A stretch of 63,979 nt of DNA, filler included, from Octopus bimaculoides (taxonomy: Eukaryota): the NCBI RefSeq assembly GCF_001194135.2. It is 6 parts of 5 records of this genome, joined end to end, with 100 filler letters (N's around TTAATTAATTAA, not from the genome) between each part and the next. Parts side by side here need not be neighbours in the genome. Positions count along the whole stretch, not along the records: positions 10,350 to 15,306 come from NC_069003.1; positions 15,407 to 30,092 come from NC_069003.1; 4 more parts are not named here. One strand, given 5' to 3'. A program made the position numbers and the translations under genes. The first letter of the stretch is position 1; each line of letters begins with the position of its first letter. The notes under the pieces were generated by a model. The model had not been told where the DNA came from, ran no database searches, and saw only the letters and a program-made list of their open reading frames with translations. Shown one piece after another: positions 10,766 to 26,124 of the stretch.

Positions 10766-13700
10766 ATCTAANNNNNNNNNNTTATTGAAAATTTGCGCCG
10801 GATGCCGATCTTGGAATGCCAAGAAGTAATCGTTAAAAGAACAATTTGCACGTATTTTGTTACCGTTGTGTTCTTTACATTGAACACTCGGATTTCAAAT
10901 TGGTGTTTAATTTGCAACTCAGCGTTTGCTTTTGGTTTAGCATTCATTATTTATTTTTTTGTTTTGTTATTTTTGTCCGTATGTATCTTAACAGTATTTC
11001 TATTAAGAATCTAGCATTTAAATATTTAATAACGTCCTCTAAATGTTGAACTTGTTTTGTTTCTTTTATGTAAGGTTTGTTATTTAGACATTCCTGTGTT
11101 CTGCATAATTCGCCCATAGGTCTTTTAGTATTAATTCAAAATTCCGACAAAAGCACTTTGCGCATATTTTCGTTTCTTCTTGGGTATTGCAATGCAGGTT
11201 AGAAAAAATTTCATAATGCCGCCTTTGTACAGAGTGATTAAATTCTTTAATTTCATTCAATCGATTCTAGATATTATTATTTCAGAACTCAATATCTTGT
11301 CACAGTAGTTACCAAATTTCAGACATCGATTAGAGCTAGATTTCATGAATACGCTGAGGCGTTGCTGTGTGGTACGAAGTTAGCTACCCAACCACATGTT
11401 TCAAGGTTCAATACCACTGCAGGGCACCGTGGAAAACTGTCTTCTACTATAGCCTCAGGCTGACTAAATCCTTGTGAGTGAATTTAGTAAACGGAAACTC
11501 AAGGAAGCCTGCAATATATACATATATATGTATGTCTGCATGTGTGTGTATGTGTATGCGTGTATGTGTCTGTGCGTGTGTGTCTGTGCATTTGTGTGTG
11601 TATGTATTTGTGTGTTTGATTGCGCCTGTGTCTCTCGTGCACCACCGCTTGACAGCCGGTGCTGGTGTGTTTAACTCACGNNNNNNNNNNCTTGCAGTTC
11701 AGCAAAATGCTTGATAGAATAAATATGATTTTAAAATACATGCACTGTGGTTGATTAGTACGACTAAAATCCTTCAAGGTGTTGCCAAAACATGGCTGCA
11801 ATCTAATGAGTAAAACAAGTCAATTTTAAAAGAGAAATAATGAGAGAATTTGTATAGAGTTTTCGTAAAGCAGCTGAACATGCACAGAAAATAGATAGTC
11901 TTATAGTAGTTCTACAAACACATCATTCCTAGGAGGTGTCTTGATTATCTTCTACGAGGCTTCGCTCATGTTTAAAGTTATTGGATATGCCATGAATAGC
12001 CCTGTAACTTACTTTCGTGTTATTCATATTCTGTTATCTATATTTAAATGTATTCTTCTGAAAAGCAAACAATTTATTATCTTCACTTGTTGGTCGATTT
12101 TTAGTAAAATGCTGATTAAATCACATGATATTATGCATTCTTTCTTCTTTAAACCTGTTTCTTGTAATCATTAGCTGCATTGTTGAAAGTCATTAGCGAA
12201 TAATGATGTCCAAATTTAATGCGATGTACAGATAAATTGAATGTTTGAAAGTTGATGCTAATTCTTTCGCAACGTTTCTTTAAAATAAGCATTAACTCCT
12301 GATAAGGTTTTGCATGAAACACTATAACAGACTACATACTCATGATATTTGAAGAGACATAACAGCACTGTAGTTATACTTATGCTGCGCCAGTAGTAAG
12401 TCACATTAAAAGACAAGGCACTAATATTTGATTGTAGCTATGCGTATATATACATACATGTATACACACACACACATACACACACACACATATATATATA
12501 TAGGTCGAATTTGCCTTTCCTGCTTTCGGGGTCCATAACATAAGTACCATTTGACTACGAGGGGCGATGAAATTGGCTACCCCTAACCCAAGAATTTCAA
12601 GTCTTCTTCCAACAGTAGTCACAATATTTCGAATGTATGCATCTAATGATATTGTAAAATGAGTCTCTAATAAGTCGGCTACATGTTACCTGAGACATAT
12701 GTAGCTGTTTATTTCGAGCAACTTCGCTTATTGGACAATGAAATTAATGCAATATTTAGCATTAACCATAATAGTTTTAATGTATTTAATGAGGTGTTTA
12801 TTAAAATATGTAATTAGAAATTATTATTAATAATTATACAGTGAGCAAAGGAGAATATTTGTTAATAAACAATGTTTTAGTCTAGTGGACGGACAGAATT
12901 GTTATAACGTTAGAAGCAAATGCATCATGGTTTATAATATCGGTATTTGGTCTGGCGCTTTATGTTGCGATTTCAAACTCACTGAAGTTAAATTTACTTT
13001 ACATCATTTCGGGGTTGATAAAATTGCCAGTTAGATACTGAGATCAATGTAACTGACTAAGACTGTCTCTCTTCAGCTTCTGCTCTTGTGTCCAAATTAG
13101 AACCAATTCATTCAGCAAATAGGAGAGGGAGACAACATCAGTTATGTTTCAATACTCGTGACCCTCCTCAGCAAAAAAAGTAGATGAGACCCTAGGTTTA
13201 TTTAAAAAAATATGTAATGCGTCGATATCTCTGTTGGTCTCAAAACGAGGAATCTGCTGATTGGTGAAATGAGTTCCATTTCGTATGATTTACTGTGATT
13301 GTGTATTCCATAGGCGCACGCGTTTTACTCGTAATTCCAGCAAAATTTCGGGCCTTGTGCCTATAGTAAAACACAATTATACTAACAATCCTTAATTTAT
13401 TGTTTGGTCAGGGCAGACAATGGTAGCGGCAAAGATGCACCTGTTTTGTATTTTTTTTCATGGCCACATTGATCGGTAGGCAGAAGTGTTTTACAAATAG
13501 GGATTTCGTAGAGGCATTTCGTAGGGAAAACTGAAGAATGCAACGCAGTGTATGTTTGAATAATGTTATCACACATAAATCGCTCTCTTAAAAATCATTA
13601 CGCCTGAATTTATTATTATCAAAATCTAAATAATATTTCCCGACATGTTCGACTAACGTGAAGTGTACTTTCAACCCTGTCTACCCGAAGGGGTATTAAG

Positions 13701-14408
13701 TCTTCGGCTTCAAAAAGTTTAACGAAATATTTAGGGGTGTTGGTGAGATGTGTGCTCTGAGCTTGGAAATCTGGATAAAATACAATAATACATTCTATCC
13801 GAAAGACATATTTCCACACCTTAGAAATACAATATTGTGTACGAGGATAAGGCGGTGAGCAGAGAGATTGGTTAGCATGCTAGGCAAAATGCTTAGCGGT
13901 ATTTCATCTGACTTTACGTTCTGAGTTTAAATCTCGCTCAAACAGAAGACATACGAACCAGTTGAGCACTGGATTCGATATAATCGACTTACGAACTAAC
14001 TCAAACTTTCTGACCTTCTACCAAAAATTAAAAGCAGTATTGAGTACGAGGACATTTCATACAAGGGATGCCTTGGGAAATATTACAGTTAGAAATGTAA
14101 AACATTTATTGATTTTTTCCCCTTTTGTTTATGGGGGTCGCCAATGTATAAATTTTCGAAAGCAGTACATGTAGAGCAGTATAAATTAGATCGACTCTGG
14201 GGAAAAGAGAAAAAAAATAGACGTCTTGCATTTTCCTTAATATATACAATTTCGTGTCCTGTGGAGGTTTTCAAATTCTCTAAATATAATTTCAGTGAAT
14301 TTCACAAGAAATCAAACGTACACATGCACGTCCTACAAACATACATATATTCCTCTAAACATACGTGCGTGTATACATACGTAAAAATATTTACATACGT
14401 ACATGCAA

Positions 14409-14440
<32 letters not shown>

Positions 14441-14525
14441 NNNNNNNNNNNNNNNNNNNNNNNNNNNNNNNNNNNNNNNNNNNNNNNNNNNNNNNNNNNN
14501 NNNNNNNNNNNNNNNNNNNNNNNNN

Positions 14526-14578
<53 letters not shown>

Positions 14579-15067
14579 TGTGAATAAAGACATACAAACA
14601 CATGAAAAGAATAAAAACAACCTGAAAATATTAATAATTGAGATTTCAGAAAATATTTTGTGGAGCAAATTTTAAATATTTAATAAATAGAAAACTTAAA
14701 TAATAAAAGAATGTTATTTAAATAACGAAAACACTATGTTAGCGAAAATAACCTAAAAATATGTAACTATACATGTAAAACAAACACATACACACATACA
14801 GACATCCATACAGATACTATGCATGTAATAACATTTTAGAAACGTTATCAAAGAAAGATTTTTTTTCCTTCATGTTTTGGTTCTGAATTCATACCAAACT
14901 TAAATTTGCCAATTTGAAATTATATTTTTTTTTAATTTTCAGAATAAATATTTGTTTTAAGAAAGAGAAACAAAATATGGAGCAACTAATAAATTGGATA
15001 TATTAACGATGTTATCAGCGTTGTTGTTATTGCCAATGTTGTTGCTACTGTGATGATGATGCTGTCG

Positions 15068-15106
<39 letters not shown>

Positions 15107-15250
15107 TTTATTATTATTATTATTATTATTATGATTTCGAATGACAGTAAAATATATTATTATATCCGTTTGAATATGTTATATGTAATTAAATACATAT
15201 ATACATATATATGCATATATACATGCATGCATATGTCTATATATATATGT

Positions 15251-15306
<56 letters not shown>

Positions 15307-15468
15307 NNNNNNNNNNNNNNNNNNNNNNNNNNNNNNNNNNNNNNNNNNNNTTAATTAATTAANNNNNNNNNNNNNNNNNNNNNNNNNNNNNNNNNNNNNN
15401 NNNNNNATATATATTATTTATGTATGTATGTATGTATGTATGTATATATGTATGTATCTATGTGCGTG

Positions 15469-15511
<43 letters not shown>

Positions 15512-18500
15512 GATACTCGTGACTGAAGCAGTATTAGTTCAAAATACCATTCTGCATATTTTAACGTACGACTTTCCATACTATTTCCACGTTGAATCAG
15601 ATTATACAGTATGCTATTATATATGTATAAATATGTGTGTATATGTCTCAATACAAAAATACTTTTCTGCCAGCTGTTTATCTTAAAAACCATGTTCAAT
15701 AAAAGGTTTAAGAAAACACTGCTATCCCTAAATACATAAGGCTGTTATTTTGTGACTTTCCCGATATATTATCTAATTAAATTCTTGTAAGTTTGTGGCT
15801 TCTGCAATAAATTGCAGTTGATCATGAGAATAATTTTACGAAAACGGAAGCTTTAATCATAGCAACAAAATACTTAAAACCAAATAAAACACGTGTAAAA
15901 AAATGTTTCTTGATATCAAGAAATCTACCAGGATTTTCAGTGATATAAGTATTGTACCAGTATTGATGATTTATCAGTGATAAGAATATTGCCATGACCG
16001 TTGCGACTTATTGCAAAACACACACACACCACGTCATTGCAACAATTAATTTTGAAAGAGATATTGTGTGCCTTGAAACGTCAGTTAATTGATGCTATTG
16101 CTTCAAAAATATAAATATCAAACTTATGCATAGTTTTGAAGCAGCGGAAGCCTGAACTACATCGGGTTTGTCCCACAGAGAATGTTTCCGTTTCCTTTTG
16201 GGTAACCCCTCGTGTGTATAATCCATTTTTGTAGATTAATAGACCACCCATTAACTTTATTAATTAATTGTCATTCATTTAATATCTTACTAACTAATAT
16301 AAGAATCACTTTCCTATAAATATTCCACTGCTTTAATATCAATCACCACACAACTACCGTGTGTATATACGTACTAAGGAGTGTATACAAATGCGTGTAT
16401 GTATCCATGTACATACATACACACACATATATATATGTGTGTGTGCGTATACATGTGTAAGTATGTTTGTGTGTATGTATGCATATATATATGCGTATGT
16501 GCACATTCATGTATATGTATGAAATTATATATGTGTAGGTGTATGTATATATTTGTTTAAAAATATATATGTACATGTATGTGTATATGGATGGATGTAT
16601 GNNNNNNNNNNATATGTTGGTATGTATACGAGTGTATGTATGTATGTATGTATGTATGTGTGTGTGTATGTATGTGTGTATATATGTGCGTATACATGTA
16701 TATATGATTGTACACATTTATGTCAACATTATTTGTAGAAATACAAGATTAAGTCCCCTTTACGGTCCCATTATTAATATAACATTCCTCTCCAATTTTT
16801 ATCGGATTTAAATCATCTTATCTCCCAACTTTATACTCTAAATTTTCTTTCTTTTTCCTTTCCTTCTTTTCTTCCCTTTTTGTCCAACGTACTGTTTAGT
16901 AGCGTCCCAACCTCCAACGGCGTTTTCAAATAAATTACGTAACAACCTTCTCCAACTACAGTTCTTATATTCGGTTAAAATGTCCTACGTTTAAGCTGGT
17001 TCCCATGCATTTCCCTGTAGAGAAGATTACATTCTTTTCAACATCACCTATTCCTATGGATGGTATAATTTGTAATCTTCGAAACATATGTTGGAAATAA
17101 AAGTATTCAGTTAACATATGCGTTTTACTCCGTTTACTAAATTTATATNNNNNNNNNNNNNNNNNNNNNNNNNNNNNNNNNNNNNNNNNNNNNNNNNNNN
17201 NNNNNNNNNNNNNNNNNNNNNNNNNNNNNNNNNNNNNNNNNNNNNNNNNNNNNNNNNNNNNNNNNNNNNNNNNNNNNNNNNNNNNNNNNNNNNNNNNNNN
17301 NNNNNNNNNNNNNNNNNNNNNNNNNNNNNNNNNNNNNNNNNNNNNNNNNNNNNNNNNNNNNNNNNNNNNNNNNNNNNNNNNNNNNNNNNNNNNNNNNNNN
17401 NNNNNNNNNNNNNNNNNNNNNNATATATATATATATATATAGTGTGTAAACAGAGTTAGCGGTTATAATAACCGACTAAGGGATAAAATATCCGTATATA
17501 CTATCGGTATACGTTACCCATATTATTCCCGAGCATTGGTGCGCAGGCACACTACGCACGTAGAGTGCAGGTAACAACAGGATAAACAAGAGTTTATCAC
17601 GAACAAATACAAATAATCAGAAAATGGAGAAAACCTCAGACTACTAAACACATCGATTGGACCACATTTATAGCTTATTTTTTAATACAAAACATGACAT
17701 AACAAATAGGTGACGTAACATATCTTACGGCCGTTTCTGATGCGTTGCCAAAATGCTGTCTATAAATAAATGCGAGAAGTTCTTCATCTTCATAGGACAT
17801 TCGAATTAATGCATGGGGCATCATCAGATTAAAAAACAAGAGCATACAACATAAACAAATCGAAGAAGGAAAAGGAAAGAAAACATGGCCTAGAAAAAAG
17901 TCTAAAAGCCCAATATGTTAAAAGCATATAATATACCATCTCGGGGCTACGAGGTCCGTAGGTAAAAAAGTGAGCTACTAATGGTCTGGGGAATGCTACA
18001 ATTTATTAATGGGTAGTTGCATTTGGGGGGGGGGGGGGCAGGATGTTTAAAAATTTTAAGAAAAGAAGTAATCGAGAAAATATATATAAGGAAAATTACT
18101 AACATGATTATCAAAGGGCGGTACCTATGCGAACGAAGTAAATTCAAGTGAAAGTATCCAAACAATTACCTTAGGGTGCTTAAGAAAATTTACTCACTGA
18201 AATTATTACCGAGAATCGCACCTATGGTCCACAATGGGGCAAGTCTAAGTCCAGCTGTCTCTACAATTGGTCAGTTACAATTTAAACCGAGGTCACAAGT
18301 TAGAACCGTTACAATGGATATGTCAATAAAATAAACAAGAAAAGAAAAAAGTACCGGGGAAGAAGTCAATGATATAAGTGGTGAGGAGCCGCTTATGTCC
18401 TTCAGCATCTTAACGTGCATGAGGGAACAGTGAAAACAGTAAGAATCCACGGGTTGTGGTTAAGGGGAGGCAACTACTACGGGTAATTCAGCGATTCAAT

Positions 18501-20431
18501 TAAGGCTACTAGGAAAAGAAATTGGACTTAACCTCATATATAGCGAATTGTGGTAATAATTAGATATATACAGGTACGCAAGAAAAATTCATCTCATAGG
18601 TACACTACAATGCACAAATAAAAGGTCACAATTAGACGGTTAATATTTAAGACCAAATCACATGAAATTCACTTGTTGCCACAGTATACTAAATACGCTT
18701 ATAAGCATTACATAGTCATTAAAGTTATATAGTACCTATTATTGTAAAACAATTTAAAAGAATATATTGGCATTAAATGCCGGGTCCCCTGGCAAATTAG
18801 TACTATGAGTAAAGTTACCTTAATTCAAATAATACATACTTAAAAAGCAATAACAAATACCCTAAGGTAAGAAAGAAATACTAATTAAATTTAATCATTA
18901 AAATTATAAACAAAGGTATATGAACTCAAAGTGGGTGCTTATATTACATTACAAATTAGATTATTCCTATCAATAAATCTAATAATAAATCTAATAATTT
19001 AAAAATTATAGTCAAATAATATAGTCAAATAATATATTAACTCTAAGTGGGTGTAGCCATACAATTTCAATCAACGGGCAAAACTTACCGTTCTACATAG
19101 TATAAGAAATTTATACAAATATCTCCTGGAAAGCCCAACTAACATAGTTCCAAAAACAGACACATACAATGTAAGGTGGGGAGGGTGGACATAGAGTACA
19201 ATGAAATTAAGAAAAATAACATATAAATGAAAAAGATGAATAAATCAAACATGGGGGTAATATTGTTCGCAGATATGTAGGGCTAATAATGTACATTAAA
19301 AGGGCAGTGAGTGGAGGAAAGAACAATAAGTTAATAGCGAAATAAGTCCAAATAAGTCCAATGCCGACAAATACATCCATGTTATAAAAAGTGCTCGAGG
19401 AAAAGGAAAGCAAACAAGATAGGAAAAGCTATCTTATTTAAATTTCAATTTTAGATTTTCCTATCTTGTCTACTTACTTTTCCCTCTGTGTAAGTTGGGA
19501 CTCTTAATATATAAATATCTATATCTTTATTTTTAAATATTCTTCGTCTAAGACTCTCCACTTTTTGCTTTCTCACGTTTTGCATGTTTACATATATACG
19601 TATTTTGTATTTCATACCCAAACTNNNNNNNNNNNNNNNNNNNNNNNNNNNNNNNNNNNNNNNNNNNNNNNNNNNNNNNNNNNNNNNNNNNNNNNNNNNN
19701 NNNNNNNNNNNNNNNNNNNNNNNNNNNNNNNNNNNNNNNNNNNNNNNNNNNNNNNNNNNNNNNNNNNNNNNNNNNNNNNNNNNNNNNNNNNNNNNNNNNN
19801 NNNNNNNNNNNNNNNNNNNNNNNNNNNNNNNNNNNNNNNNNNNNNNNNNNNNNNNNNNNNNNNNNNNNNNNNNNNNNNNNNNNNNNNNNNNNNNNNNNNN
19901 NNNNNNNNNNNNNNNNNNNNNNNNNNNNNNNNNNNNNNNNNNNNNNNNNNNNNNNNNNNNNNNNNNNNNNNNNNNNNNNNNNNNNNNNNNNNNNNNNNNN
20001 NNNNNNNNNNNNNNNNNNNNNNNNNNNNNNNNNNNNNNNNNNNNNNNNNNNNNNNNNNNNNNNNNNNNNNNNNNNNNNNNNNNNNNNNNNNNNNNNNNNN
20101 NNNNNNNNNNNNNNNNNNNNNNNNNNNNNNNNNNNNNNNNNNNNNNNNNNNNNNNNNNNNNNNNNNNNNNNNNNNNNNNNNNNNNNNNNNNNNNNNNNNN
20201 NNNNNNNNNNNNNNNNNNNNNNNNNNNNNNNNNNNNNNNNNNNNNNNNNNNNNNNNNNNNNNNNNNNNNNNNNNNNNNNNNNNNNNNNNNNNNNNNNNNN
20301 NNNNNNNNNNNNNNNNNNNNNNNNNNNNNNNNNNNNNNNNNNNNNNNNNNNNNNNNNNNNNNNNNNNNNNNNNNNNNNNNNNNNNNNNNNNNNNNNNNNN
20401 NNNNNNNNNNNNNNNNNNNNNNNNNNNNNNN

Positions 20432-20481
<50 letters not shown>

Positions 20482-20544
20482 ATTGGTTATCGTCCCGATA
20501 AATGCCGGGTAGCATGTCACTGTAGAACGTTAGGTAGCTGGCTT

Positions 20545-20830
20545 ATTCTTCTTTCATCATCACCACCACCACCATCACTACTACTATCAGCATCACCATA
20601 ACCACCACCACGATAAGCCCACTACTATCCCCATCATCATTATTATTACACTCATCACAATCAGAGCTACTTTCACTATCACGATACTTTACCACCGCCT
20701 CTATCCCACCACAACTAGCAACACTGCTACTACCCCTATTATTACGAACTATGTTACCTTCACAGTCTTCACCGTCAACAATGCCACCACCCTCACTACC
20801 GCCACGACCACGACCACCGCCATCAGCACT
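20545..20830. repeat. Degenerate (CAT/CAC/TAC) trinucleotide field
   Basis: Direct reading. Confidence 0.85.
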
Positions 20831-22770
20831 AAAATCAATACCAAAATCGTCTCTCACTCTCTATCTCTCAGTGTATATAGAAATGTATATTTGTATATAT
20901 TTATATGTATATACACACACACACACACACACACAGAGACACCCACACACACANNNNNNNNNNNNNNNNNNNNNNNNNNNNNNNNNNNNNNNNNNNNNNN
21001 NNNNNNNNNNNNNNNNNNNNNNNNNNNNNNNNNNNNNNNNNNNNNNNNNNNNNNNNNNNNNNNNNNNNNNNNNNNNNNNNNNNNNNNNNNNNNNNNNNNN
21101 NNNNNNNNNNNNNNNNNNNNNNNNNNNNNNNNNNNNNNNNNNNNNNNNNNNNNNNNNNNNNNNNNNNNNNNNNNNNNNNNNNNNNNNNNNNNNNNNNNNN
21201 NNNNNNNNNNNNNNNNNNNNNNNNNNNNNNNNNNNNNNNNNNNNNNNNNNNNNNNNNNNNNNNNNNNNNNNNNNNNNNNNNNNNNNNNNNNNNNNNNNNN
21301 NNNNNNNNNNNNNNNNNNNNNNNNNNNNNNNNNNNNNNNNNNNNNNNNNNNNNNNNNNNNNNNNNNNNNNNNNNNNNNNNNNNNNNNNNNNNNNNNNNNN
21401 NNNNNNNNNNNNNNNNNNNNNNNNNNNNNNNNNNNNNNNNNNNNNNNNNNNNNNNNNNNNNNNNNNNNNNNNNNNNNNNNNNNNNNNNNNNNNNNNNNNN
21501 NNNNNNNNNNNNNNNNNNNNNNNNNNNNNNNNNNNNNNNNNNNNNNNNNNNNNNNNNNNNNNNNNNNNNNNNNNNNNNNNNNNNNNNNNNNNNNNNNNNN
21601 NNNNNNNNNNNNNNNNNNNNNNNNNNNNNNNNNNNNNNNNNNNNNNNNNNNNNNNNNNNNNNNNNNNNNNNNNNNNNNNNNNNNNNNNNNNNNNNNNNNN
21701 NNNNNNNNNNNNNNNNNNNNNNNNNNNNNNNNNNNNNNNNNNNNNNNNNNNNNNNNNNNNNNNNNNNNNNNNNNNNNNNNNNNNNNNNNNNNNNNNNNNN
21801 NNNNNNNNNNNNNNNNNNNNNNNNNNNNNNNNNNNNNNNNNNNNNNNNNNNNNNNNNNNNNNNNNNNNNNNNNNNNNNNNNNNNNNNNNAATGCAGTGGT
21901 CTTTTAAAGATACCTATTGACTTGACCGGTTTCACTTTTTAAAAAAAAGATTTTCAAAAGTAAAATTCAAGGCTTTGTGTAACCTTTGTGGTGTTTATTA
22001 ATTATTAATATTAATTCATTAAATATTAATTAACATACATGTTTTAAGATACAGTGATAGAGTCTTTGACAATGATAAGAAAATGTTAAAAGAGGCTGTG
22101 TTTAAACAGTTTACATAAAAGTGTTCCAAATAGGCAGTAAAATAGGTTCATAATTGTTTATAAGTTCATCAGAAATCATAATTGTTTATAAGCATATATA
22201 CAGAAAGAATTTGTAGACAATATTTGATAGGAGAAAGCGTGTATTGCTTTGTCAAAAGTTCATCAGAAATCATAATTGTTTATAATGGTTACAGAGGAAA
22301 GACCAATGACCAACCTCTTTTCTTCTTCTTCAGTCTTTTCTTGCCAAAGACTCTATCACTGTATTTTAATACATCTATGTTAATTAGTTTTTAATACCAC
22401 AGAGGCTACACAAAGCCTTGCTCATTACTTTTCAAAATCTTTTTTTTTTAGTTGAAACCGGNNNNNNNNNNNNNNNNNNNNNNNNNNNNNNNNNNNNNNN
22501 NNNNNNNNNNNNNNNNNNNNNNNNNNNNNNNNNNNNNNNNNNNNNNNNNNNNNNNNNNNNNNNNNNNNNNNNNNNNNNNNNNNNNNNNNNNNNNNNNNNN
22601 NNNNNNNNNNNNNNNNNNNNNNNNNNNNNNNNNNNNNNNNNNNNNNNNNNNNNNNNNNNNNNNNNNNNNNNNNNNNNNNNNNNNNNNNNNNNNNNNNNNN
22701 NNNNNNNNNNNNNNNNNNNNNNNNNNNNNNNNNNNNNNNNNNNNNNNNNNNNNNNNNNGAATACAATTAT

Positions 22771-23705
22771 AACAAGAGCACCGAGAGAGCGCAAACCTCT
22801 GCCGCGGCAACACCAACCTCCTCTCAACGATTAGCTAGAGGGGATTTTTTAAATGAGAATATCTGAAATAAACTCGACTACTCTCACAAAAGAGAATACT
22901 AAAAGTGAACCAGACAGCTCTCAAAAATCAAGTAAAAAAAAGCGGAAAAATATTCGAGAATCCTTGTCCGGTACCTGATCGATCCCAATGATAGCCATGG
23001 AATGTGAAGATGGCTGTAGAAAATTTAGTAACAGTAATAAATAGTTTATCCGTATCTAATACAAGTCAAAGTTAACAAATTCACTCTTCAAAATAGCTTG
23101 AAAGCCGGAGGTAATAATAATTTCTACTCAGGAAATTTTTAATGAATAGCATGCAACCTTTAGCTTTTCACTTCTTTTAAATTCCGTCCTTCCTTTAGTA
23201 TTCCTGTTGTTTTAGATCGATGTATAGATGTATGTATATATGTAAGTATAGTGTAAAGTGTTAATATGTATGTATAATATATAACATATATTATAAAAAT
23301 ATTTTAGTATTATTTAATTTCTGAACGGTTTTGCTGCCGTTTGTTCATGTAGTTTGATTTTTTTATCCATCAGTCCCTACTAAGAGACGCGAGTAAAATT
23401 AATAATAGAGAAGCGAAAATAAAACTTTGGAAACAGCCTAAAGGGAGATAATTGAGAAAGACTTTAAAGTGAACATAAGATCGTAGTCATGTAAAGTAAA
23501 TACAACAAATAATCCAGAATGCTTGTCAGGTACCGGATCGATCTCAAGATCTAATCAGTTCGAACCAGTCACGAGGCCAAACAGCCCTGGAAGTTTCATC
23601 CGAATCCACCCAGCGGTTCTAGAGATAACTTTCCACAGACAAGCAAACAAACAAACAAACACAACTCAAAACAATACCCTCCCCTTCGCTAAGGCAGAGG
23701 TATTT
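22771..23705 (+). mobile_element. Helentron-associated (HINE/pearl-like) non-autonomous element
   Basis: Subterminal inverted repeat acctctgcc (22795-22803) / ggcagaggt (23693-23701). 3' stem-loop cctt-cgct-aagg. (AAAC)n tract at ~23643-23660. Internal repeat ttgtc(c/a)ggtacc(t/g)gatcgatc at ~22964 and ~23523. Confidence 0.5.
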
Positions 23706-25227
23706 AAGGGCTCAGAAGCTACCGTGCCTATGTGCAGAAAATAGACACCATATACGTCCATCCACTCTGAATCATCACCTTATAATAAACACAGGTTGAA
23801 ATCGGGAAAAGTGGTTTAAACTTTTAATTATGTATGTATGTATGTATGTATGTATATATNNNNNNNNNNNNNNNNNNNNNNNNNNNNNNNNNNNNNNNNN
23901 NNNNNNNNNNNNNNNNNNNNNNNNNNNNNNNNNNNNNNNNNNNNNNNNNNNNNNNNNNNNNNNNNNNNNNNNNNNNNNNNNNNNNNNNNNNNNNNNNNNN
24001 NNNNNNNNNNNNNNNNNNNNNNNNNNNNNNNNNNNNNNNNNNNNNNNNNNNNNNNNNNNNNNNNNNNNNNNNNNNNNNNNNNNNNNNNNNNNNNNNNNNN
24101 NNNNNNNNNNNNNNNNNNNNNNNNNNNNNNNNNNNNNNNNNNNNNNNNNNNNNNNNNNNNNNNNNNNNNNNNNNNNNNNNNNNNNNNNNNNNNNNNNNNN
24201 NNNNNNNNNNNNNNNNNNNNNNNNNNNNNNNNNNNNNNNNNNNNNNNNNNNNNNNNNNNNNNNNNNNNNNNNNNNNNNNNNNNNNNNNNNNNNNNNNNNN
24301 NNNNNNNNNNNNNNNNNNNNNNNNNNNNNNNNNNNNNNNNNNNNNNNNNNNNNNNNNNNNNNNNNNNNNNNNNNNNNNNNNNNNNNNNNNNNNNNNNNNN
24401 NNNNNNNNNNNNNNNNNNNNNNNNNNNNNNNNNNNNNNNNNNNNNNNNNNNNNNNNNNNNNNNNNNNNNNNNNNNNNNNNNNNNNNNNNNNNNNNNNNNN
24501 NNNNNNNNNNNNNNNNNNNNNNNNNNNNNNNNNNNNNNNNNNNNNNNNNNNNNNNNNNNNNNNNNNNNNNNNNNNNNNNNNNNNNNNNNNNNNNNNNNNN
24601 NNNNNNNNNNNNNNNNNNNNNNNNNNNNNNNNNNNNNNNNNNNNNNNNNNNNNNNNNNNNNNNNNNNNNNNNNNNNNNNNNNNNNNNNNNNNNNNNNNNN
24701 NNNNNNNNNNNNNNNNNNNNNNNNNNNTATATGCACTTATAAATGCACGTGCAAAGGAGACAGAAATGCAGTCATAAAAACACACGCGCACATACATAAG
24801 TACGTGCGCGAGCAAAGGCTAACAGATTCAAGTAGCCTCCCGCAATTCACTGCACTGTAAATGCGGATTCAACATAACTTTTCCTTCAGCGAACCAGTGA
24901 CACCTGACAGATAAAACAGCTGATAGTGTCACAACATGAGCTTGAGCACTAATTGAGGAAAATTTACACACGTCACCGAACTTCCGTCGCTACCGCCGCC
25001 TTCTTCACATCTTCAGCTAACAAAAATATACTTATTCTATTACCCTGTCTTCCTCTCTCTCTCTTCTCCCTCCCATTCTCTATCTTTCTCTTTTGTCTCT
25101 ATCCTACTTTCTTTTTCTTTCTCATCATCATTTAATCCATCTCTGACATATCTCAAGTCATCCTCTCTCTAACTCTTTCTTTTTCTTTAGTCTCTCTCTT
25201 TCTCCCTCTCCCTGTTTCTCTCTGTTT

Positions 25228-25282
<55 letters not shown>

Positions 25283-26124
25283 CCTTCCCTCCCACCTGTT
25301 TCTCCCACTCTCTTACAGCGCATGTCATTCAACTATATCAATTATAGTTTAGTTTAGTAGTGATGTAGAGACTTAGAACTTTGCCAATTTTCTTTTTCAT
25401 GCGAAAAAAATCATTTCACCCTTACTGCTGTTGCATGTTCATTATAAATTATCATAATTACTTTAATCATTTTAATTAATATGAATTATTAATGATAATT
25501 CATATTAGCATTGATATTTTTATAATATTTACGTTTTCATTTCCAGGTCAATAGGTTTCATTTTTATTATTATTTTTATTTTGTTCATATTCCTCCAGGG
25601 TCGATGTTGCCATTTTTTATCTTTCATTGTTTAGAAGCGATCGGTGAAAAAATAAGGTACCAGTTATTTAGTGGGTTCGTTATAATTCACTGTTACCAAC
25701 CAGCGTATATGCTGTGTGAGTTGCGAGTAGTTTACTTCATGAGGTATGTGCTGTATGAGTTGCGGGTGATTATTTTATGTGATGAGTACAAACAGTGTAT
25801 TGTCTGAGCAGTACAGTTGAATTCCAAAACTGTGAGAATGTAGGTTCTGCCTTGCAAAACTGTCTTTTGGATTAAATATACAAGTAGTTATGTGAAGCAG
25901 TATCGGGAAATAAACTTTAGATCAGTTCAAATAAGTTTGAGACTTCTTTCAACTTGTAAAAGCTTTTTCACTGCAGTTTACCATGGAGGAAAAAGTCTTG
26001 CTTAAGGTAAAAAAAAAAGTGTAAGACCACCATTGTCAACTTAGAGCACCCTTTGTAGACTGTTCGCGAGTCTACTTACATATTTGTTGCAGCCTGGCAG
26101 CCTATACGCACAACCAGTAAATAC

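Noticed and set aside
17722-17830. Hammerhead-like CUGAUGA...GAAACGGCCGUA on the minus strand
   Set aside because: Stem I pairs at one position and stem II at two. A probable relic, too decayed to call.
17118-24860. 100-390 aa ORFs in the track
   Set aside because: Composed almost entirely of N-gap X residues.
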